Made by a program: the position numbers and the translations under genes. A stretch of DNA of 64,000 nucleotides from Nitrospinales bacterium (lineage in GTDB: Bacteria > Nitrospinota > Nitrospinia > Nitrospinales > VA-1): positions 224,001 to 288,000 of the forward strand of contig CBDCWG010000007.1 of assembly GCA_965223345.1 (NCBI GenBank), written 5' to 3'. The notes beneath the pieces were generated by a model, which had not been told where the DNA came from, searched no databases, and saw only the letters and a program-made list of their open reading frames with translations. Shown here one piece after another: positions 54,681 through 62,703 of the stretch (the first letter of the stretch is position 1; each line of letters begins with the position of its first letter).

Positions 54681-56444
54681 TCAACCACCCCAGCCTCCGA
54701 ATTCCCACCAGGATTTCACCTCCCGGGACAGGGGCGGATTTCCCTGCACGGGGACGCGCAACTGCTTCGCATCCAGTTCGACGATTTCCAGTTGCGGGAT
54801 GAAGTCGTGCGCTTCGATCTGTTTCAACAATATGGGAGCGAAGTGCCTGTAGTTCAGTTTCACGCTCACATCGTAGTAAGCCGCCTTCTCATGCGTTTCC
54901 GCTTCGTATTTTTTCGTCCGCGATTGCAGCGGCATCAGGCTGTTTTTCTGCTGGCGGGCCTGGGAGGGTCCGTTGAAGGAAGCGGACAGAAACGGCGCCG
55001 GCCGGCTGAAGTAAAAATTGTCCACGTCTCTGGGAACCGGGAAATGATCGGAGCGCTCGGTGCCGGCGACGGTCTGCAAGCGGAACTTGGTCTGCAGGTT
55101 GAACAGATCGTGGTCGTAGGGGACCTTGCCCTGCAGCACGTCCATGCTCTTGTTGTCGCGCAGGTCACCGTTGGAATCCAGATCGCCGCTCTGGTACACG
55201 ATGAAACCGCGGTCGTCCTTCACGGTCACCTCCAGCCACACCTGCCGCTCGGCGCTGAAGCCTGCGGGAAGCGCGTGGCCGCTCATCTTGTTCTTGACCG
55301 TGACGCGAATGTCCAGGTCGTCGCCTCTCTCGATCGACTCCGGGACCTCCACGCTCACCTCGGCGGCGTTTCTGAGCAGTTCGTGGCGTTTTTGACGCGC
55401 GGTTTCCAGCAGCTCCTCGCTTTTTTTCAGCAAGCGCTCAAATTTCTTGTACTTGCGCTTGTCCAGGCGGTTGAGCTTCTTGCCCGCCTTCAGCTTCGCG
55501 TCCACCTTGGCGATCCACTGGTAAAAGTTGGGATCGTCCATCAGCACCGGCCACTCGTTCGGGCGGATGGGGAACTCGGAAACGGGCAGCATCGAATAAT
55601 CCGGCCCGGAAAAGGTGTGGTCGCTCAGGGTGCGCTCGGGGAACTTCTTGCCCTTGATCACCGCGATGGGGCCCTTGGCCCTCGGGCTTTTGACGCCCTG
55701 CTTCGTCCCCATGTGGCAGTCCTGGCAAGAGACGCCTTCGCGGGCGGCGGGGCTGTTGCGGTACTCGGTGAACAGATCCTCGATGCGGAAACCGTCCGGC
55801 CCGGTGACATCGTGGCATTGCCCGCAGAACTCGGCCCGGCGGATGAACGGCAGCGCCTCGGCCTTGTGGGTTTCCTTGTCCTCCCGGCCGATGGGGACCG
55901 GCTTGATCTTGTCGAAGGGGCCGTACACGTCGTCTTCCAGCACGCCGGTTTCGATCACCAGCTCGCCGCGCGTGCGGCCGTGGCTGTTCTTGACGCGGTG
56001 GCAGACCACGCAGGTCACGCCTTCCAGGCCGACCTTCGTCTGCTCTTTGAGCGGCGTGTCGGATCGGGTCCCCAAAGCCACACCGACGGGAGTGTGGCAG
56101 CGTATGCAGAACGTGCCGGTTGTGCCGCTGGTCTTTTCCTGGATGATTTTGGTGAAATTGATGAACAGTGGGCTGATCTGAGCGTAGGCGTGGTTGGAAA
56201 CGCGCCACTGGTCGAAATGTTTCGGATGGCAGGTCTTGCACACCTGGGCGGAGGGATAGCCTTCCACCTCCGCATTGTCAAAGCCCGGGTCCTTGAACTG
56301 TTCGATGCTCTTGATCGCCACGGGTTGGCCCTCATCCGCAAAACACGGGACAGCGAACGCCACCGCACACATCGGGATCAGGAGAAAACGGGACATCCTG
56401 CGAAGCCATTTCCAGCGGTTCATATGCCTTATCCTTAGCTGCAA
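54681..56444 (-). CDS. Exported pentaheme cytochrome c paralogue A with a C-terminal beta-rich domain
   Basis: CKTCH, CIRCH, CVVCH, CGQCH, CQDCH; GH..P.G...R.VW. True start may be slightly downstream. Confidence 0.9.
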   Translation of the reverse strand: MQLRIRHMNRWKWLRRMSRFLLIPMCAVAFAVPCFADEGQPVAIKSIEQFKDPGFDNAEVEGYPSAQVCKTCHPKHFDQWRVSNHAYAQISPLFINFTKIIQEKTSGTTGTFCIRCHTPVGVALGTRSDTPLKEQTKVGLEGVTCVVCHRVKNSHGRTRGELVIETGVLEDDVYGPFDKIKPVPIGREDKETHKAEALPFIRRAEFCGQCHDVTGPDGFRIEDLFTEYRNSPAAREGVSCQDCHMGTKQGVKSPRAKGPIAVIKGKKFPERTLSDHTFSGPDYSMLPVSEFPIRPNEWPVLMDDPNFYQWIAKVDAKLKAGKKLNRLDKRKYKKFERLLKKSEELLETARQKRHELLRNAAEVSVEVPESIERGDDLDIRVTVKNKMSGHALPAGFSAERQVWLEVTVKDDRGFIVYQSGDLDSNGDLRDNKSMDVLQGKVPYDHDLFNLQTKFRLQTVAGTERSDHFPVPRDVDNFYFSRPAPFLSASFNGPSQARQQKNSLMPLQSRTKKYEAETHEKAAYYDVSVKLNYRHFAPILLKQIEAHDFIPQLEIVELDAKQLRVPVQGNPPLSREVKSWWEFGGWGG

Positions 56445-56966
56445 CGGTAAAGAGGGGTCGAAGTTTGTACTTTAGAATCAAATGTCCTTGATGCAGACCG
56501 CATTCAGAATCCCCACCGCACATCCAGGGGGGAGCGGACGCACCTGTGGAAAGGGAGCGCAAGACGCACGGGCCTTGCCTGTTCGCACACTGAGAATTTT
56601 GTTTTTTTGGTTTGACCTGCCGATCGCACCCGGGAAGGAGACGATCGCAAGACACAAGGTGAGAGGATTGTTTGCCGGCAAGAAATCTCACACGCGTCAA
56701 TTTAAGTACCGCATTCCAAAGGAAAATTCAATGCTAATTTGATATGATTTCCTGGTGAATTATTAAAATTTTTTAAAATCAAATGGTTAAATTAAGAAGA
56801 AATTTTGGCGGCCCTTTTTGCGTTGCAGACACTTTCAAACCGGTTTGCGAATTGTGCTAATCTTTGAGTGGTTCAACGAGCCGGAACCGATTCAAACCCA
56901 AAACGAACGCCTCCCGTGTGCGGTCCGCTTCACAGCGCACGGGCTTAGCAAGACCCGATTCCCATC

Positions 56967-57692
56967 ATGACGATTCAATCCGACCGCAACGGCATGTTCA
57001 TTCAAGGCATGACCGGCGCGGACGACCTGATGCGCTTCATGCAGTCCCGTTTCGAGGAAACGGAAATCCAGGAGGCCTACGCCCACCTGGTGGACGCGGC
57101 GAAGGCGCTGGCCAAAGAAGAAAAAATCACGCCGCTACGAGCGTTCTGGAAAATCCTCGACCGGGCCTACGAGACGAAAACCGCGCCTTTGAAATGCCAG
57201 AGCGGCTGCGCGCACTGCTGCCACACCGGCGTCGCCCTCACCCAGCTCGAATGGGACGGCATCCTCAACCGGGTGCAGGAAAACGGCATCGACCTCAACG
57301 AGGTCATCGAACGCTCAAGCAAAACCATCGAGCGCGTGCGCGCAACGCTCAAATCGAAGAAGGATCTGGATCAGGTGGACTGGCACCGTCTGGTGATCAA
57401 CCAGCCCTGCCCGTTTCTCGCCGAGGACCACAGCTGCACCATCTACGAGGACCGGCCGCTCGACTGCCGGCTGGTGGTGGCGTTCCGCGACGCCTGCACC
57501 TCGAAAAAGCTGGAGCACGCGCAGCGCGGCGGCGTGATCGAGGAAGCGGTCGGCTCGACGGTGATCGCGAAACTGCAGCACGACCAGACGCCGAAATTCA
57601 AACGCCGCAAATTCCACGGCCACCAGCCCCTCAGGCTGTTTCAGCACTGGCTGATTCTCTGGCAGGAGAAAAAATCCAAAAAACGTCGATAA
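56967..57692 (+). CDS. YkgJ-family cysteine-cluster protein
   Basis: C..GCAHCC, CPFL....C.IYEDRP..CR. Confidence 0.88.
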   Translation: MTIQSDRNGMFIQGMTGADDLMRFMQSRFEETEIQEAYAHLVDAAKALAKEEKITPLRAFWKILDRAYETKTAPLKCQSGCAHCCHTGVALTQLEWDGILNRVQENGIDLNEVIERSSKTIERVRATLKSKKDLDQVDWHRLVINQPCPFLAEDHSCTIYEDRPLDCRLVVAFRDACTSKKLEHAQRGGVIEEAVGSTVIAKLQHDQTPKFKRRKFHGHQPLRLFQHWLILWQEKKSKKRR

Positions 57693-57735
57693 GACGTTGT
57701 TGATGATACGGCGTTAACGCGCCGATGAGGTTCCC

Positions 57736-58749
57736 ATGAAAGCCGCCTGCCTCACCGCTGTACGGACACTGGAAATTCAGGACCGCCCGCCGCTCTCCGC
57801 GTCGCCGGGCGAAACCGTGCTCACCGTCGAATGGGCGGGCGTGTGCGGGACCGACCTGGCGTTGTTCGCCGGGGATTATTCGGTGCCGCTGCCGCTCACC
57901 TGCGGGCACGAGTTCGTCGGACGGGTGAAAACCTCCGGCCGCGGCGTGCCGCCGCGCTGGCGCGGAAAGAGGGTCACCGCGGAAATCAACAACACCTGCA
58001 CAGCCTACGCGCGCCCCGATCCCTGCCGCGCCTGCGCCAAAGGTCTCAGCAACCATTGCCTGACGCGCACGGTCACCGGCATCATCCGGCACGACGGCGC
58101 GTTCGCCGAAGAAGTGGTGGTACCGGCGGGCGTGCTGCACGAAGTGCCGGAATCGCTCGATCCCATGACCGCGGTGCTCACCGAACCGCTGGCGGCGGCG
58201 CTGCAGACCTTCGAGATGACCCCGGTCACCGGCAACGAAACCGTGGTGGTGCTGGGGGTGGGACGGCTGGGGGTCTTGATCGCGTTCGCGGCGGCGCAGC
58301 GCGGGCTCGAAACCGTAGCGGTCTCCCGCAGCGAGGCCAAGCGCCAGCGGGCGCTGGAGTACGGCGCGGCGCACGGTTTTTCTCCGGAGGAAGCACCCGA
58401 AGCGGTGCTGAACCTCACCGAGGGACTGGGCGCGGACCTGGTTGTGGAGGCGACGGGCAGCCCGGACGGGCTGGCGCTGGCGCAGAGACTGGTGCGGCCG
58501 CGCGGCACGGTGGCGATGAAGACCACCTGCGGCCTGCCGGGAAAAGGGCTGGACGTGACGAAGCTGGTGGTCGATGAAGTGCGCCTGCAGGGCTCGCGCT
58601 GCGGCCCGTTCGCACCGGCGCTGGCGATGCTCGATCAGAACCAGAAGATGCTGAAAAAACTCATCACCTCCGTGCGCCCGCTCGACGAAGCGCAGCAGGC
58701 TGTGGAGTCGGCCTACGAAGAGAGCAAGGTGGTGTTGCAGATGGGGTGA
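57736..58749 (+). CDS. Zn-dependent alcohol dehydrogenase (MDR family)
   Basis: GVCGTD, GHEFVG, structural-Zn Cys, G.GRLG. Confidence 0.92.
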   Translation: MKAACLTAVRTLEIQDRPPLSASPGETVLTVEWAGVCGTDLALFAGDYSVPLPLTCGHEFVGRVKTSGRGVPPRWRGKRVTAEINNTCTAYARPDPCRACAKGLSNHCLTRTVTGIIRHDGAFAEEVVVPAGVLHEVPESLDPMTAVLTEPLAAALQTFEMTPVTGNETVVVLGVGRLGVLIAFAAAQRGLETVAVSRSEAKRQRALEYGAAHGFSPEEAPEAVLNLTEGLGADLVVEATGSPDGLALAQRLVRPRGTVAMKTTCGLPGKGLDVTKLVVDEVRLQGSRCGPFAPALAMLDQNQKMLKKLITSVRPLDEAQQAVESAYEESKVVLQMG

Positions 58750-58800
58750 GCAGAGTCAATAGTTGGTTTGTTCTTATCTTTAATAGTAAGGAGAAAAAAA

Positions 58801-59310
58801 ATGCTTAAATTTGTAACCGGGATTGCTTTTATTTGTCTATTCACGTTGTCGCAGGCACACGCTGGAGACAGCAAGGTTCAACTCCCGGCAGACTATAAAT
58901 CCACATTCACAAACTACGTCAGCAACGATCGCATTCAGAACGAAGACCAAACCGTCCGTATATTTGCGAACGACATTGCGATGCAGGGTCCGGGCAAAGA
59001 CGGCAAATTGCCTTACGGGTCCGTACTGGTCGCCGAAGTTTACAAAGCAAAGAAGGACAAAGACGGCAATATCGTCACCAGTATCCTGAACCGGAGAGTC
59101 CGAGGCAAGTTTGCCTTGATAGGCGTGATGGAGCGCAAAAAAGGCTACGGTGAGGGTCGCGCCGATGGGCTTAAGACCGGTGACTGGGACTTTGGGGCAT
59201 TCAAACCGGACGGCTCTGTTGCGGATAAAGACTTGAATGATTGCCGGGCGTGTCACTCACCCCTGTCGAGCACGCATCATGTCTTTTCGTACGAACATCT
59301 GGTTAAATGA
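58801..59310 (+). CDS. Cytochrome P460/c'-beta-fold monoheme protein
   Basis: Signal peptide, LP.DY, P.GSVLV.E, GDW.FG.F, C-terminal CRACH...HVFS. Confidence 0.8.
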   Translation: MLKFVTGIAFICLFTLSQAHAGDSKVQLPADYKSTFTNYVSNDRIQNEDQTVRIFANDIAMQGPGKDGKLPYGSVLVAEVYKAKKDKDGNIVTSILNRRVRGKFALIGVMERKKGYGEGRADGLKTGDWDFGAFKPDGSVADKDLNDCRACHSPLSSTHHVFSYEHLVK

Positions 59311-59334
59311 CACGAACGAGGACTGGAATGCGGG

Positions 59335-59362
59335 ATGAAGGCTTTGGGTCGAAAGCGGACAC
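59335..59362 (+). repeat. 28-bp repeat copy (ATGAAGGCTTT-GGGTCG-AAAGCGGACAC)
   Basis: Read directly; downstream flank of the 59411-59689 gene. Confidence 0.85.
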
Positions 59363-59410
59363 TCAGCTATGGATTACCAAAGTAAATCAATAATTTCTTC
59401 ATATATATTC

Positions 59411-59689
59411 TTAGATTAATTGATTTCCACACTTATAGCAGTTTTTGGGTACTCCCGATGTCCCAATCCAAGTATTATCCTCCGGATTTATTATTCGTCT
59501 ACTTACTGGATGTCCGCAATTGAGACATTTGACTTTTCCTTTAATAAACACAATAAATAAAAATATAGCTATTAAAGGAACTAAATAATACGAAGAAACA
59601 TAGACAGCAGCCGCACCGAACACAAAACCATTTATAAAGTGAAAAAGCGTAAGTAATCTTACTTTTGCTCTGATAGAAAGTTGACTCAT
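59411..59689 (-). CDS. Small two-TM protein with a zinc ribbon
   Basis: CLNC...CYKC; low GC; sits between two 28-bp repeats. Confidence 0.6.
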   Translation of the reverse strand: MSQLSIRAKVRLLTLFHFINGFVFGAAAVYVSSYYLVPLIAIFLFIVFIKGKVKCLNCGHPVSRRIINPEDNTWIGTSGVPKNCYKCGNQLI

Positions 59690-59733
59690 TATATTTTCTA
59701 CTGCTTTCAATGGTATTTTCTGTATGTCGTCAA

Positions 59734-59787
59734 ATGTCCGCTTTGGGTCGTTTACAGACATGTCCGCTTTCGGTCAGAAGCGGACAA
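59734..59787 (+). repeat. Two overlapping tandem copies of the 28-bp repeat
   Basis: ATGTCCGCTTT-GGGTCG-TTTACAGACAT (59734-59761) and ATGTCCGCTTT-CGGTCA-GAAGCGGACAA (59760-59787). Confidence 0.88.
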
Positions 59788-59835
59788 AAATAGTGTCATT
59801 CCGCATATCGCATCAATGCCCAATTTGATTGATTT

Positions 59836-60168
59836 TTAGGAATACCGCCGAATTATGTCTTGGCAGGCTTCTATTATGCCTTCCCGGTACTTGGCGTTCA
59901 CTTTATCGAGTTTTTTGTCCAGTTTTTTCAGCTTTTCCGGATCCCATTCCAATCGTTCAGATCCAGTTGGAAGAAGGCGCACCGCGTCCAGATATTCCTC
60001 AAAGATTGGATAACTTGGAGCGTCGCTGTACTTACGCAGCCAATTGAGTATATATCCTGCTCTCTCACAGCCATGCGGAATTCCAACTTGATTGGATATG
60101 ATGGCACGAGCGTTAGAGACCAACTTTTGTATATTTTTATCCTTCTTTTGTTGCTCTTGCTCATTCAA
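59836..60168 (-). CDS. Hypothetical small helical protein (DUF2489-like)
   Basis: ARAII..QV....GC, LP.G.ER..W. Confidence 0.6.
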   Translation of the reverse strand: MNEQEQQKKDKNIQKLVSNARAIISNQVGIPHGCERAGYILNWLRKYSDAPSYPIFEEYLDAVRLLPTGSERLEWDPEKLKKLDKKLDKVNAKYREGIIEACQDIIRRYS

Positions 60169-60253
60169 CTAAGAGTGCCTTACGTCGGATTAAGGGCAAA
60201 ATTAGGTATTGGATATGAAATCAGATTTGTACCACAAAATACACACTCCGTGT

Positions 60254-60281
60254 ATGTCCGCTTTGGGTCGAATGGAAATTT
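60254..60281 (+). repeat. 28-bp repeat copy with a degenerate right arm
   Basis: ATGTCCGCTTT-GGGTCG-AATGGAAATTT. Confidence 0.75.
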
Positions 60282-60302
60282 ATGGCATAAGCGAAGGAAC
60301 GA

Positions 60303-60385
60303 CCGCTCGAGGGAGCGCAGCAGGTGGTCGAGTCGGCCTACGAAGAGAGCAAGGTGGTTTTACAGGTGGGGTGAGTTGAGTGAAT
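60303..60385 (+). repeat. Duplicate of the alcohol dehydrogenase gene 3' end (58678-58760)
   Basis: About 72/83 identical, no indels; encodes PLEGAQQVVESAYEESKVVLQVG*. Confidence 0.9.
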
Positions 60386-60544
60386 AAAGTGCGGGTTTCT
60401 ATATTCTGGGAATGTCAATTTAGGTTCGAGCACTCAACCATCAGCATCATCGATCAGCCAAAGCAGACATTTGCCTATTGTCTTCGATTGGTTGGAACCG
60501 GACAAAAGTGTACGCTCGTTAACATTGATTCAGGAATTTGTTTT

Positions 60545-61390
60545 CTACGAAGCTTCGTTAGGGCTGATTGTATGTTTTAACACATTGTTTTCATCATCTA
60601 TTATTGGAATTTCTGATTTGCTAGAATAGAAAAATCGATCTGCCCCTTCGATCAATATTTTATTCATTATTCCAACCATTTTGTCATCGGCTGAAAGTGT
60701 GTCCTCCCTAAAAGGCTCATTTACCCCAATTAACATTATATTTCTATTTATTGGGATGCATATTTGGATACCCGGAGTATTTAGGCCATAAAAAAAGTTT
60801 CTATCGTTATCGCTTGGGTGGATCAGTTGAAATGGTCGGTCAGATGTAACAAAGTCGAATGCTGAGTTACTGGCATTAAGCAGCCTATAATGTTTATTTT
60901 TCAGAAGATCAAAGATTTTACGGATTTGACGAACTTCTATTTCGATCAAATCTGATTTGGTGTAATCAAAGTCATACATATTGGATATTGGTATATCAGA
61001 GGCTATACCGTCCGCTACTTCCCTTGCTTGCTTCATAAGATCTTCAATAGATGACCTTTGTGATGGCACCCTTAGGTAAAGTGTGGTGGCAAGCAGAAAT
61101 AAGTGTCTCCAGTCATCTCCAGAAGGGAGTTTCTTGCTTTCATCGATTTGCCTCAAAGCTTTATTTATTCTTGGTTCGACTTCAGTTGCATAAAATTTCT
61201 CAACAACTAATGAATCCTTTCCCTCAACTGTGTAGTAATCTCTTTTAGAGCATGCATCTTTTGGTTTGGTTAGAAATGGTTTATCGTTATTTATCGGTAC
61301 ACACCAAAATTGAGATGTATCTTCTCCCCCTTCTGTAAATCCTTTTAGATATGAGCTGGGTATAAAATGATGATGTGCTTGCCGAGCCAC
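60545..61390 (-). CDS. DUF4238-domain protein
   Basis: HHFIP..YLKGF, D.Y, FVTSD.P, P; low GC. Confidence 0.8.
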   Translation of the reverse strand: MARQAHHHFIPSSYLKGFTEGGEDTSQFWCVPINNDKPFLTKPKDACSKRDYYTVEGKDSLVVEKFYATEVEPRINKALRQIDESKKLPSGDDWRHLFLLATTLYLRVPSQRSSIEDLMKQAREVADGIASDIPISNMYDFDYTKSDLIEIEVRQIRKIFDLLKNKHYRLLNASNSAFDFVTSDRPFQLIHPSDNDRNFFYGLNTPGIQICIPINRNIMLIGVNEPFREDTLSADDKMVGIMNKILIEGADRFFYSSKSEIPIIDDENNVLKHTISPNEAS

Positions 61391-61523
61391 TTTTCAATCG
61401 CTAGATCAGTTTATATTGTAGGGAAAAAATTGAAATAAGTATTAAGATACGGCCTGTCGACTTGTGAAAACCGCAACCCGGTTTTATCACAGTGCCAGCA
61501 GATGATCAATCTCAGAGAGAAAC

Positions 61524-62108
61524 CTATTTCAGCAACCGGTCTAGCTTGGCAACCACTCTTTCGCGGTTTTTTCGTTGCAGAAATACGGAAGGGATATGAC
61601 GCAGAAAAGATTGATAGGTGTATTTTTTTTCTTCGCGGCTGTCGGACTGTATGAAATCCCGGAGTTCTGTGAGTGATTGCCGGTTGAATCCCCAGAGCAC
61701 ATCCCCTCTGATCTCGCACTGGTAATAGGCATCCTTCGGCCAGTTCAATTTTGCTTTTTTCCGGGAACCGCAAGCGGTGCAGCAGACAGCGCCGATATCC
61801 AAATTATGCGAGCGCGTCCAGTACTGACTGTGCTGAAAGCACTCCATCGAATAGCCTTCGGGCAGGTCTTTTATGTTATTCGCGGAATGCAACCCATGAT
61901 AGAAAATGGCTCCATGCCATCGGTGCCCGCAGCCATCCTGGAATAACCGATACTCGAAGAATTTGCTGGCCTTGAAATAATCGATGTCCTTTTTCAGGGA
62001 AATCTTGACCACTTCGGCAAACTCAAACACCGCATTCGCAGAACAATCCGGGCAAACAACGTCCACCTTGTGAGGCATCGGATTCCAATCATAAACCTCT
62101 GTCATCAC
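61524..62108 (-). CDS. Hypothetical Zn-ribbon protein
   Basis: V.CPDC...A, C.ACG, LW..N..L..L..FI. Confidence 0.65.
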   Translation of the reverse strand: MMTEVYDWNPMPHKVDVVCPDCSANAVFEFAEVVKISLKKDIDYFKASKFFEYRLFQDGCGHRWHGAIFYHGLHSANNIKDLPEGYSMECFQHSQYWTRSHNLDIGAVCCTACGSRKKAKLNWPKDAYYQCEIRGDVLWGFNRQSLTELRDFIQSDSREEKKYTYQSFLRHIPSVFLQRKNRERVVAKLDRLLK

Positions 62109-62130
62109 ACACTCTACCTATCACGCTGAT

Positions 62131-62153
62131 CCCTTCGACGGGCTCAGGGTGAC
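62131..62153 (+). repeat. REP-like element CCCTTCGACGGGCTCAGGGTGAC
   Basis: 21/23 match to 30969-30991; right edge of the low-GC island. Confidence 0.7.
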
Positions 62154-62164
62154 GCCGGTTGGGC

Positions 62165-62683
62165 TCACCGGCCTTCGCGGATCTCGATGTAGTAGAAGTT
62201 CGCCTCTTCGGTTTTGTTGGACACCACCCGATAGGTGCCGATGCTTTTCGGCGGCAGTTGCACGCGCTGCCAGCCGGTCATGTCCTCGGCGGGCGTCTTG
62301 GCCTGGTCGAAAAACTGCGCCCGGCCTTCGATCTGCAGCGGGAAGTTGGTGTGGTTGCGCAGGATGGTCTGCACTTCCATCGTGCCGGTGGGCGTGCGGC
62401 GCACGTCCGCCTGCTCGACGGTCACCTTGTAGCGCGCCACCACGTTGCCGCCTGCGGCCTGCGCTTCCTGGGTGGTCGGCGCCACGCGCCGGCCTTCGCA
62501 GTAGGTGGCGCTGATCAGCTCGTTGTAGAGGGAGGTGTCGATGATGTTGATGCTGTTCATCCGGACGCCCGGCTCGACGGGTTTTTCCTCCAGAATGTTC
62601 ACGCAGGGATCGGTGCTGGCGCAGCCGCCCAGAACAAACCCTGCCAGTACGATCCAGCCCATGGTTTTTCTCATTCCATTCAT
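62165..62683 (-). CDS. YcfL/DUF1425-like lipoprotein
   Basis: LGGC lipobox; LRN.T..PLQIE.R..FFD, W..V.L.P. Confidence 0.7.
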   Translation of the reverse strand: MNGMRKTMGWIVLAGFVLGGCASTDPCVNILEEKPVEPGVRMNSINIIDTSLYNELISATYCEGRRVAPTTQEAQAAGGNVVARYKVTVEQADVRRTPTGTMEVQTILRNHTNFPLQIEGRAQFFDQAKTPAEDMTGWQRVQLPPKSIGTYRVVSNKTEEANFYYIEIREGR

Positions 62684-62703
62684 AAAAAACCCTCCTCGGC
62701 GTT

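Noticed and set aside
59335..60281. 28-bp repeats as a CRISPR array
   Set aside because: Spacing is irregular (hundreds of bp containing whole genes), the copies are degenerate and there are no cas genes.
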